NCBI GenBank assembly: GCA_964634255.1
Contig: CAZWJC010000008.1
Location: 381 to 64,380, forward strand
Origin: an uncultured Verrucomicrobiota bacterium
GTDB lineage: Bacteria; Verrucomicrobiota; Verrucomicrobiia; Limisphaerales; MWDV01
DNA: 64,000 nucleotides
Direction of reading: 5' to 3'
A model generated the notes under the pieces. That model made no database searches, was not told where the DNA came from, and saw nothing but the letters and a program-made list of their open reading frames with translations. The position numbers and the translations under genes were made by a program. Shown here in pieces: positions 9,451-19,400 of this stretch. The first letter of the stretch is position 1; every line of letters starts with the position of its first letter.

Positions 9451-10867
9451 CCAACCCCAGTCTGCGGCGGTTTGCAGGATCCTGGGTTTCTCCCACATGT
9501 GGACGGCGCTCGCCGTTTTGATCACGGTGCTTCAGACTGGCTGGGCCGCGGAGTTGGTTGAAAGCCAGGTGATCAGTCGCGCCGAGGCATTCGTGGGCGA
9601 ACTCGACGCCGGCCGATTCACCAACGCCGTGGCCCGTTTTGACAGGACCATGGCCGCCGCGCTGCCAGCCCCGAAGCTCGCCGCCACCTGGCAAGCGGTG
9701 AACCGACAGGTAGGCGAGTTCAAACGGCGACATGCAAGTCGGACCGAAACGTTACCTCCTTACCAGATCGTTCTGGTCACGTGCGAGTTTACCCGCGACT
9801 GGCTGGATACGAAGGTTGTCTTTAATCCGGAAGGCGAGATCGCGGGGCTGTTCTTTCTTCCTGCCCGTAAACCGGGCTCGCAGGTTCCACCTTACGCAGA
9901 CACGAACGAATTCCGAGAAATCGAATCCTCGTTCGGAGCAGCGGGCTGGGAGCTGCCAGCCACACTGGCAATTCCGAAGGGTGAAGGTCCATTCCCTGCT
10001 GTGATCCTCGTCCACGGCAGCGGTCCGAATGATCGAGATGAGACGGTGGGGCCGAACAAACCGTTCCGTGATCTCGCGTGGGGTATGGCCAGCCGCGGCA
10101 TTGCGGTGCTCCGGTATGACAAGCGGACGAAGGTCCATGCTCAGAAATTGCTCGCCGAAGCCAACAAACTCAAACCCATTACCGTGCGCGAGGAGACGAT
10201 GGACGATGCCGGTTACGCACTGGAATGGCTTCGGCAACGTCGCGAGGTGGACGCCAGACGAATTGTCCTGCTCGGCCACAGCCTGGGCGGCATGCTCGCG
10301 CCGCGAATTGCCAAGGATCATCTGGGCTTTGCTGGATTGGTCCTCCTGGCTGGGTCCACGCGTCCGTTGGAGAAGGTGATGATCGAGCAAATCGAGTACA
10401 TCGCGAAGTCTGACGGCACCGTGACGGAACAAGAGCACCAGCAGATCGCACAGACGCGCAAGCTGGCTGAGCGAGTCGCGGCTTTGACGGCGAAGGATGC
10501 CACCAGTACTGAACCCATTCTGGGCGCGCCGCCGGCGTACTGGCTGGATCTCGGCAGCTACGACGCCCCTGCCGCGGCGGCGAGACTCCCTTTGCCGATG
10601 CTCATCCTCCAAGGCGTACGCGATTATCAAGTCACGGTTAAAGACCTGGCCGGCTGGCGTTCCGCGCTGGAAACCCGCAAGGACGCAACATTCAAGACGT
10701 ATCCCAAACTCAACCACCTGTTTATTGCTGGCGAAGGCCCGAGCACTCCCGCCGAATACGAAGTGCCCGGTTTTGTGGATGAGGAAGTGATCCGGGACAT
10801 CGCGCAGTGGATCACGCCCCGTTCGCCCAACGCTGACCAAGACCAGAATCGGCCTGCGCACAGGTGA
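9440..10867 (+). CDS. Secreted alpha/beta hydrolase with N-terminal DUF3887-like domain
   Basis: ORF 9422..10867. The nucleophile elbow is LLGHSLGG, with [14 protein letters not shown] upstream, and the signal-like segment is [17 protein letters not shown]. The start is ambiguous (GTG 9422, ATG 9440 or ATG 9497). Confidence 0.8.
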   Translation: MKADQPQSAAVCRILGFSHMWTALAVLITVLQTGWAAELVESQVISRAEAFVGELDAGRFTNAVARFDRTMAAALPAPKLAATWQAVNRQVGEFKRRHASRTETLPPYQIVLVTCEFTRDWLDTKVVFNPEGEIAGLFFLPARKPGSQVPPYADTNEFREIESSFGAAGWELPATLAIPKGEGPFPAVILVHGSGPNDRDETVGPNKPFRDLAWGMASRGIAVLRYDKRTKVHAQKLLAEANKLKPITVREETMDDAGYALEWLRQRREVDARRIVLLGHSLGGMLAPRIAKDHLGFAGLVLLAGSTRPLEKVMIEQIEYIAKSDGTVTEQEHQQIAQTRKLAERVAALTAKDATSTEPILGAPPAYWLDLGSYDAPAAAARLPLPMLILQGVRDYQVTVKDLAGWRSALETRKDATFKTYPKLNHLFIAGEGPSTPAEYEVPGFVDEEVIRDIAQWITPRSPNADQDQNRPAHR

Positions 10868-10901
10868 AGGCGTGCGAACGGAAGTGGCGGTCAGGAGGAG
10901 C

Positions 10902-10920
10902 GCGCCCGGTCCCCGGGCGC
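10902..10920 (+). terminator. GC-rich perfect hairpin downstream of the hydrolase gene (possible terminator, no U-tract)
   Basis: GCGCCCGG-TCC-CCGGGCGC, an 8-bp perfect stem with a 3-nt loop, 35 bp after the stop at 10867. Confidence 0.3.
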
Positions 10921-11097
10921 AGCGGCAGAACCTGCCAACCCCAGCGGGTGGCTTCCCTGCGCTGCGGACAGGGACTGTCCGCGGTCCGATGCCTCAGATG
11001 TGTGGGGATTTCGTTCGCCGTGACCGTCACTTCCAGTCGCACCGAGCAGCAGCCTGTCACTTGATTGCCAAGGTTGTTTGAGGCAGCCTGTGCAACC

Positions 11098-14000
11098 ATG
11101 AAGTATTCAGTTCGCTTGCGCGCCGTCGCTTTGTTTCTGACGGCGGTTGCCGCGGTTCTTGTTTGCCGACTCGCATCCCCTCCGCCACCGTCCGGACAGA
11201 GCGCCGCCGCTTCCGTAGATGCCAGAGCGAACACCCCCGCTGACGCTGGGCCAAACCTGTCGCCTGCATCAGCTCAGCCCGCCGCTTCCGCCCCGGTTTT
11301 GCCTGTCCCCACGCCGGTGGCTACGCCTGAAGGCAATAGCGTTTCGCGTGGCACGAATGTCTTTGCCTCCTTTGGCGAGTGGCAGACGCGGTTCGCCGTG
11401 GCAGACGCCACCACGCGCGCCCAATTGGAGAACGAAGGTGTGACCCTGGCGCACGCTCGGCGGGCGGCACTGCGCGAGTTGATCGTCCGCGATCCGCGCA
11501 AAGCTCTGGAGGTGGCGCTCCCGCTTGCTTCACGCACCGGCCTGCCGGGGTCAGTCAGCGCGCTGCTCGAGGAACACATCAGCGCCCGAGCCGATCTCAA
11601 TGTCATCTTTGCCCGACCGCAGCCGGGTCAGGAGCAAAGCTGCTCCGAGCCGGTCATCCGCACAGTCCAGTTGCCCGGGCGTTTCTATTACGCCTACACT
11701 TACGGTCGGCGATTGGGCCAGATGTCCACGCCCGCCAGTTCCATCATCGGCATCGCGGTGGACGACCGGCTTGCATTGCTGGACAAGCCGTATCGCGTGT
11801 TGGAGACGGAAGAAGTCACAGCACTGGCGAACCCTGCCGCACTGCTTTCGTCTGGCAATTGTCCGGCGTGTGGTCGGACCCTGCCCACAGCGACGGCAGA
11901 CGCCACTTTTGTGGACACGGGCGGAAGCGTGATGGCCTTGCATTCGGCGGCCGAGGCGCCGGCATATTTCACAGCGTCAGATGGAACCTTGATTTGGGCC
12001 GCGGGCGGTTCCGGTGGCACAGGAACAACCAGCCCGGTGGTTCCAGAAACCAGCAGTCAGGGCAACAAGAAGTTCCTGTTCATCCGCGTCCGCTTCGCCG
12101 ATGACGACCAAGGCTACGAACCGGAAACCGATTCCCAAGTGCGCGGCGACTTGGACACGACGATGCGCCGGTTCGCGGAGCAATCGTACGGCTCGTTGCA
12201 GGGCACGTACGCCTTCACGCCCACGCTCACGCTGCCCAAACCGCGCTCCGGCTACATGAACGGATGGAGCGACGTGGACGGCATGTCGGCGCTGATGACC
12301 GACGCGAAAGCGGCGGCCGGCGCCATTGCCTCCGACCCCGCGTTCCCGGGCGTCGCGTATCCGTTTTTGCCGGCGAACTACAGCCTGTTCGTCGCGCGCT
12401 GGAACGGCGAACCGGGCGGCTGTTGCAGCTACGGTGGCGGCGGCAACGCCTGGATCCGTTGGGACGGCGCGTCAGTGCTCATCCACGAATGGGGACACGC
12501 CGTCGGCCAACCGCATGCGAACTGGTGGAATCCCACGACGGACGACCCCATTGGCCCCGGCACGCACGAGGAATACGGGAACAAGTTCGACAACATGGGC
12601 GGCGGCGGCATCGAGGAAGACTTCGGTGCGATGCACAAGGCGGTGGTGAAATGGCTGCCGGCGACGAACTACTGGACCGTCACAAGCAACGGGACGTATC
12701 GCATCTATGCCCACGATCAGCCGACACTAACTCCAGCCAACCGCTACGGTGTGAAAGTCTTTCGCCCCTCCCGCGACGACACACAATACTGGCTGGAGCA
12801 CCGTGCCTACACGGTCAGCGGCGCCAACGCGCTCTTCTGGACGAACGGCCTCGCGGTCATGCGGGAGTGGGATTGGGAGCTGCTCGATATGACGCCCGGC
12901 TCGGCGAAAGGAAAGGACGACTGCACCCTCACGATCGGACGCACATGGAGTGACACCGCGGCGGGAATCCACTACACGCCGGTGGCGCGCGGCACCGCGC
13001 CACAGCCGTGGGTGGACGTGGTGGTGAACTTCGACGACGACGCGCGCCCCAATCATCCGCCAGTAGCGGTCGCGACAGCGAGCAGTTACTCCATCGCGAC
13101 CGGCACGAGCATCTCGCTTACCGCCACGGCGTCCGACCCCGATGGCGACACGCTGGCGTACGCGTGGGATTTCGGCGATGGCAATATCAGCGTCAACAAC
13201 CTCGCGACACAGACTAAGAACTGGAGTGCCGCCGGCAACTACGTCGTGCAGTGCGTCGTCTCCGATCGGCGCGGCGGAACGTGCCGCCAGTCCACGTTCA
13301 TTCGCGTGGGCACGCCGAGCGACTACAGCATCTCCGGGCGCGTGACTGCGGCGGACGGCACGCCCATCGCCAACGCGCGCGTCTCTGACGCTGCCGGGAA
13401 TTTGACCTTCAGCCGGAGCGATGGCTCCTACACCTTGGGCCGCCTGAGCGCCGGCTCATACTCACTCACTGCGGTTCGCAATGGCTACAAGTTCGCCCCG
13501 GTCGCCCGTACCATCACCGTCGGCCCCAGCGCGGTGGGAGCGGATTTCACCAGCGCTACAGTCATCGGACCGGGCTCGGGCCTTGCGCGGCAGGTCTGGC
13601 TGAACATCAACGGCAGTGCCGTCTCCGATCTCACCAACAATGTCCGCTTCCCGAACAGCCCTGACGCCACGGAGGCCTTGGCGGACGCGTTCGAGACGCC
13701 GCTGGATTGGAACGAGAGCTACGGGCAACGCCTGAGCGGTTGGTTCGTGCCGCCCCTCAGCGGCGGGTACCGCTTTTACATTGCGTCGGATGACGCCAGC
13801 CAGCTTTTCCTGAGCCCCACTACCAACGCGGCCAACAAGGCGCGCATCGCCTACTTGACCGGTTGGACAGACAGCCGCAACTGGACCGCCAACGCGTCGC
13901 AGAAATCCGCCTTGATCCAGCTCGCAGCCGGACAGCCGTATTACATCGAGGCTCTGCACAAGGAAGGCAGCGGAGGCGATAACCTCGCCGTGGGCATTGA

Positions 14001-16407
14001 CCTGCCCGACGGTACGGAAGAGAAGCCCATCCTCCATCATCGCCTCATTCCGTTGAGCAGTCCGCCCGTTCCCGCGCGTGAAGTCTCCCTGGTCGCCAGC
14101 GATCCGACTGCGACGGAGGGCACGGATACTGGCGCGTTCACCTTCACCCGCACTGGCGACACCACGGAGGCACTCGACGTGTTTTTTAACGTCTCGGGGA
14201 CTGCTGGCTACGGTGCCGACTACTCCGCCACCGGATTGAAGCGAACGATCCCCGCCGGTTCATCCAGCATTGAGCTGCTCATCTCTCCGGTGAATGACGC
14301 CGTCGCTGAGACGGCCGAAACCGTGGTCGCGACGCTGGTGACTGGAACGAACTACACGGTGTCGCCCTCGGCCGACAGTGCGCGGGTAACGATTAACGAC
14401 AACGACGGCACGCCCGCTGTTTCCATCGTGGCGAGCGGGCCGAACGCGTCGAAGACCGGACCGCAACCGGGGCGCTTCACGATTCAACGCGCCGGCATGG
14501 CCACCGCGGCGATCGCCGTCAACTACTCAATCACGGGCACCGCGGCCAACGGCGTGGATTACGCCCTCATCACCAACAAGGTCACGCTCGACGTTGGGCA
14601 AGCCACCGCGGACGTCGTCATCTCGCCAACGGCCACGACGGCCCTCGAAGCGCCGAAGACGGTGCTGCTGACCCTGACTGCTGGCACTGGCTATAGCGTC
14701 ACCAGTCCGGCCAGTGCCACGGTGACCATCGCGCAACCTGGGCCCGGCTTTGGCCTGTTGCGGGAATGGTGGACGGGTATTGGCAGCGCGGGCACGGTGG
14801 CGACGCTGACGAACTTCGCCAGCTACCCGGCGTCGCCCACCGGTCGCGAGTATCTCTCGACCAGCGCCGAAGGGCCGCACGATTGGGATGACAACTACGG
14901 AAGCCGCCTGCGCGGGTGGTTCATCGCACCGGCGACGGGCGCGTACTATTTCTTCATCGCCTCGGACGATGGCGGCGAGCTGCGGCTGGGCACCGGCGCG
15001 CTGGCCTCAAGCGCCCGCCGCATCGCCTACGTCAACGGCTGGGTGGATTACCACAACTGGACCGCCCAGGCGAATCAGCGGTCCGCCGCCGTCGCGTTGG
15101 TTGCCGGACAACGCTACTACCTCGAAGCCCTGCATGCGGAAGGCGGCGGGGGCGATCATGTTTCGGTGGGCGTGCAATTCCCCGGCGGCGCGTTGGAGCG
15201 CCCCATCACTGCACAGTGGCTCGAACCGTGGTCGGACAAGGGCACGCTCGTGGCGGCCTTTGCCAGCGTGCCGACGGCAGGCGAGGCGGGCGCGTTGGGC
15301 GAATTCACGCTGAAGCGTACCGGCGATCCCAGCGCGAACCTGCCGGTGACCTTCACGATTACCGGCACGGCGTCGAGCGGGGTTGACTACACGGCGCTGG
15401 GTACGTCCGCGACCTTCACTAACGGTCAAAGCGAGCTGAGGATTCCCGTTCGTGCCCTGCTCGATGCCACCATCGAAGGCCCGGAGACAGTCATCCTGAC
15501 GCTTCAAGCCAACGCGGCGTACGACCTCGGTTTCTCAAACGCGGCCACGGTCACCATTGTCGGGGATCCTCCGCGCGCGACCGTGAGCGCCACCGACTCG
15601 AATGCCGGCGAGGCCGGGAACAACACGGGCACGTTCCGCATCGCGTTCCCGAGCGCAACCTACGGGCCGGTCACTTTCAAATACGTGCTCGGCGGCACCT
15701 CGACACCAGGAGCGGACGTCGCCCCGTTGCCCGGCTCCGTTACGCTCGCGCCAGGGCAAAGCGGAACGAATATCACCGTTACACCGCTGGCCGACGAGTT
15801 CGTGGAGGGCCTGGAATCGCTCACCCTGACACTACTGCCTGGGAACGGTTATCTCGGCGGAACAGCGACCAACGCCACCGTGATGATCTCGGACGCCAAC
15901 ACAAACCATTCGCCGGTGCTGTCCACCAACGCGAACCAAACCCTGTTCGCCGGGCAGACGCTCACCCTCACCAACACGGCGACCGATCCGGATCTGCCGC
16001 CGCAGACGCTCATTTTCAGCTTGGTGGGCGCACCGGCAGGAATGCTGGTTGACCCGGTCAGCGGTGTGTTGAGTTGGCGACCGGGGCTGGCCCAATCACC
16101 GCTCCTCACTCAGGTTCAGGTGACGGTCAGCGACAACATGTCGCCGAGCCTTAGCGCCACCCAAAGCTTCTGGGTGACCGTGAACCGCCCGACCACCACG
16201 TTGGCTTCACCGGCGCTCACCGCAGATGGATTCACATTGCACCTCACTGGCGATCCCGGCCCCGACCTGACGATCCAGCATTCAACGAACCTGCTGGATT
16301 GGGTCACGTTGTGGACCACAAACTCACCGGCTCTGCCAATCGAATGGACTGACACCGCCGCCACGAACGCCACGCAGGGCTATTACCGTGTATTGCTGGG
16401 CCCGTGA
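11098..16407 (+). CDS. Giant exported zinc-metalloprotease-like / PKD / PA14 / Calx-beta / cadherin-like surface protein (1,769 aa)
   Basis: ORF 11065..16407 with ATG at 11098 (MKYSVRLRAVALFLTAVAAVLV, signal-like). HEWGHAVGQPH (HExxHxxGxxH) lies at 12484-12516. The PKD motif is ASDPDGDTLAYAWDFGDGN, and a CarboxypepD_reg-like segment begins ISGRVTAADGTPIANARV. There are two PA14-like units (YGQRLSGWFVPPLSGGYRFYIASDDASQLFL and YGSRLRGWFIAPATGAYYFFIASDDGGELRL) and about 7 Calx-beta-like units (e.g. ATEGTDTGAFTFTRTGD...). A cadherin-like unit and a C-terminal ...QGYYRVLLGP module close the protein. Confidence 0.85.
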   Translation: MKYSVRLRAVALFLTAVAAVLVCRLASPPPPSGQSAAASVDARANTPADAGPNLSPASAQPAASAPVLPVPTPVATPEGNSVSRGTNVFASFGEWQTRFAVADATTRAQLENEGVTLAHARRAALRELIVRDPRKALEVALPLASRTGLPGSVSALLEEHISARADLNVIFARPQPGQEQSCSEPVIRTVQLPGRFYYAYTYGRRLGQMSTPASSIIGIAVDDRLALLDKPYRVLETEEVTALANPAALLSSGNCPACGRTLPTATADATFVDTGGSVMALHSAAEAPAYFTASDGTLIWAAGGSGGTGTTSPVVPETSSQGNKKFLFIRVRFADDDQGYEPETDSQVRGDLDTTMRRFAEQSYGSLQGTYAFTPTLTLPKPRSGYMNGWSDVDGMSALMTDAKAAAGAIASDPAFPGVAYPFLPANYSLFVARWNGEPGGCCSYGGGGNAWIRWDGASVLIHEWGHAVGQPHANWWNPTTDDPIGPGTHEEYGNKFDNMGGGGIEEDFGAMHKAVVKWLPATNYWTVTSNGTYRIYAHDQPTLTPANRYGVKVFRPSRDDTQYWLEHRAYTVSGANALFWTNGLAVMREWDWELLDMTPGSAKGKDDCTLTIGRTWSDTAAGIHYTPVARGTAPQPWVDVVVNFDDDARPNHPPVAVATASSYSIATGTSISLTATASDPDGDTLAYAWDFGDGNISVNNLATQTKNWSAAGNYVVQCVVSDRRGGTCRQSTFIRVGTPSDYSISGRVTAADGTPIANARVSDAAGNLTFSRSDGSYTLGRLSAGSYSLTAVRNGYKFAPVARTITVGPSAVGADFTSATVIGPGSGLARQVWLNINGSAVSDLTNNVRFPNSPDATEALADAFETPLDWNESYGQRLSGWFVPPLSGGYRFYIASDDASQLFLSPTTNAANKARIAYLTGWTDSRNWTANASQKSALIQLAAGQPYYIEALHKEGSGGDNLAVGIDLPDGTEEKPILHHRLIPLSSPPVPAREVSLVASDPTATEGTDTGAFTFTRTGDTTEALDVFFNVSGTAGYGADYSATGLKRTIPAGSSSIELLISPVNDAVAETAETVVATLVTGTNYTVSPSADSARVTINDNDGTPAVSIVASGPNASKTGPQPGRFTIQRAGMATAAIAVNYSITGTAANGVDYALITNKVTLDVGQATADVVISPTATTALEAPKTVLLTLTAGTGYSVTSPASATVTIAQPGPGFGLLREWWTGIGSAGTVATLTNFASYPASPTGREYLSTSAEGPHDWDDNYGSRLRGWFIAPATGAYYFFIASDDGGELRLGTGALASSARRIAYVNGWVDYHNWTAQANQRSAAVALVAGQRYYLEALHAEGGGGDHVSVGVQFPGGALERPITAQWLEPWSDKGTLVAAFASVPTAGEAGALGEFTLKRTGDPSANLPVTFTITGTASSGVDYTALGTSATFTNGQSELRIPVRALLDATIEGPETVILTLQANAAYDLGFSNAATVTIVGDPPRATVSATDSNAGEAGNNTGTFRIAFPSATYGPVTFKYVLGGTSTPGADVAPLPGSVTLAPGQSGTNITVTPLADEFVEGLESLTLTLLPGNGYLGGTATNATVMISDANTNHSPVLSTNANQTLFAGQTLTLTNTATDPDLPPQTLIFSLVGAPAGMLVDPVSGVLSWRPGLAQSPLLTQVQVTVSDNMSPSLSATQSFWVTVNRPTTTLASPALTADGFTLHLTGDPGPDLTIQHSTNLLDWVTLWTTNSPALPIEWTDTAATNATQGYYRVLLGP

Positions 16408-16444
16408 ACGAGGCGGGGCGAATCGCTCCTCATGACATGCCCGG

Positions 16445-19400
16445 TCACTGGCTGAGCTTTAGCCGATAGAAGCGCGTGAGCCCAGTCACCGGCAGTTCTG
16501 CGCGGTAACGACCGCCGCTCAACTGCGGCTGAGTTTCGCAGCGTGTCCAAGCGGCGCCGGCGTTCAGACTCGGCGACTCCTGCAACTCGCACCCCGCGCA
16601 AGCCGCTGGCCATTCGACCACTACCTTGCCGCTTTCGAGGCGCACCGCGAGCGATGTGCCCGACACTTCCACCGCACGGGTGAAGCCCTGCGGCGCGCTG
16701 ATTGTCCAGTCGCCCGTCCAGTTGCCGGCTTCCGGCAGCACAAGATCACGAACGGTGGTCCATGTCGCCGCGGCAGTCAGGTTCGTGGCGGAGACGAGGG
16801 CGTAGCGCTGGTCCGGTAAACCGTAGAGGCTCAGTACCGCCAAGCCGTTGGTGGCGTGTTGCAGATCAACAATCGGCTCGCGTGCGATCACGAAGACCCG
16901 GCCCGCACCCGCAGCGCCACGTTCCAGCGTCCGCCCGTCGCGTAGGTAACCAACGAGTGATTGCACCGTGAGCGGCACGATGGCCGAATGCTCGGCAGGC
17001 CCGGCCTGGAAGGCCAAGCGAGTGAGCGTCAGGCTGCCTTGCAGCGAAACGTCCGCGGGGCTTGTGAACTGGAGTTGGAAACGGTTCGAGCCGACTTGTT
17101 GGATGCCCGACGATGCGACTTCCGAGGCGAGCAATTGCAGCGCGAGGTTCGTCAATCGGCTTAGGTCCGTTTCCAGCACGAACGTCAGGTTGGTCAGGTC
17201 GGCGCCGCTGTCGAGGCGCAGCGGGACGGAGTTGTTCAAGCCGACCAGAAGATTCGTCGAGCCGACGTGCAACGTGAAGTCGGCGCGCGTGTCGCGGACG
17301 ATCACGGTGAGTTGTTGCGTCGCACTCAGGCTGGGGGAGCCGTCGTCGTAAGCCACGATGGTGATCGCGTTCGTGCTTGGCCCCTGGAGATCGCTCGGGC
17401 GCCAGCGGAGGACGCCATTGGTTGCGTCGAGAGACACACCGGTCGGAACGTCCGAGCCGAGGCGATAGCGCAGCTTGTTGGCGGGCACGTCGAAGTCCTG
17501 AGCGCTGCTGGCGGCGGTGAGCAACGAGCCCTCGTTCACGGTCCGATTGGTGAAAGTGGCGAGCACAGGTGCGGTGTTCACCTCACGCACGATGATGGTC
17601 AACGGTTGCGTGGCGCTGGCCGGCGGGATGCCGTTGTCCGTGGCTGTAACGGCGAACGTATTCGTGCTCGGGCCATTCGCTTCGCCAGTTACCCAAGTAA
17701 GTTGGCCGCTGGCCGCGTTCAGGACGACGCCGGCTGGTGCGCCACTGCTGAGCGCATAGCGAATTGCCGAGCCCTCCGGATCACTGGCGTTTAGCGTCAG
17801 TTGTAGTGTGCCGCCCTCCTCAAGAGTCTGTGTCGCCGGGGCGGTGAGCAAAGGCGCTTGGTTCGTGAGCGTGGCGGAAGTCGTGGCATCGGGCGTTGTG
17901 GGCGGAGCTTCGCGATTGCCCCGTTCATCCGTGGCGATGCTGTAGAACGCGTAACGCGAGCCGAGTTCGCCGGAGAACATGGCCGCGGGCAACGGCGTGT
18001 GCTGGAGCCAGGGCGTGAACATGCCGTCATTCACCGACACGAACACGTCGTAGAACGCCACGCCGCTGCCGTTGGTGTCGGCACCGTTCCAGGCAACCTG
18101 GAAAGCAGGTGGGCTTTGCGCGGCGAGCTCGGCGACCGCGCTGGTGGGTGCGGTGGTGTCCGGCTGCGGCGCGGGCGTATAGTAGAGCGTGTAAGCCCCC
18201 GCGCTGTTGAAGTCGAGCAGGTGGAGGACGTTCTCGCTGACCGGTCGCCGGCCCATACCGATGAAGGTGCGGTCCGTCGTCCACGCATTCGTGCCGAGCG
18301 GAATGCGAACGCCATCGCTGACATGGACGACGTTCGTGAGGATGAATTCGCCTTTGCCCGGCTCCGGAACGCGCAGGTAAGTCCAGCCCGCCAGCATCGG
18401 CGCGGTGAGTTGCACCACGAGGTTCTGCGCCGAGGGCGGCGCAGCCACGGTCGCGGTTTCGACGACGCTAACCGAGTTCGTGCGGCCATCGCTGAGGTAG
18501 AGTGTGTCCGGCAAGTCACGCTCGTCGGCGATTTCATTGACGAGGAAGTCGGGCTTGCCATCTTCAAATGCACCGCCCGCCCAGACGAGATGGTTCATCT
18601 CGTGAATGGTTACCGATTCGACCAGCGAAGCCGCCCGCCCGCCGAGCAACTCGTCGTGCTCGAAGGTCGCGTTGTAGTCCAGGAACAGGCCTTGGAGCGT
18701 GGAGGTCAGGAGCCAACGCCCGATGGCGGTCTGTCCGGGCTGAATGTCGCCGAAGGTCGCTGTGAGCGATGGCGTCAGGTTTTGCCCGGCCACTTCGGTG
18801 GCAAGAATCTTGAAGTCCACCAGCAGTCCCTTCTGGTTCTCGACGATGCGAGGTTGGGCGGAAGCGATCTTGAAGTTCTTCGCCACGCCGTAGCCTGTGT
18901 TGCAGACCATCACGGCGAGTGAGAACGGCTGGGCGGGTTCGATCACGTCGGTGAACGGATCATCGCTGAACACGTCGCGCTGGTGGAAGTAGTCCACCGT
19001 GAGCCGCGCGTTCGGATAGACGTTGACGGCCGCCGGCGCCATCACGGACGCGGACGGGACGCCGCCGACCAGGTAAGTCATGGCGCCACCGACGTAGTAT
19101 TGAGCGACGCCGTTGGTGGCCGCCGCGTCTGTCGGCAAGATGACCCAGCGTGCCTGTCCCGTGCTGGCCGCCGGCATTGCCCACAACTCACGGCCGATGG
19201 CAAAGTCGTTCGTGGCCGGAATTCCAGGATCGGTCACCGTGAGGCCGGCGAGTTCTGCCGGCAGGATCACGAACCGGTCGTTGGCGAGTTCACCGGACTC
19301 GTCGTAGATGGACAACACCACATACAGGTCGGTGATGGGGGACTCCGCCTCGTTGACGATTTCCAGCATTGCGCCAACTGCCTTCCGCGTGAAGGTGGCG

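Noticed and set aside
16408-16444. Bidirectional terminator between the convergent giant genes
   Set aside because: Only weak, imperfect 4-5 bp complementarity was found and there are no T/A tracts, so there is not enough to call.
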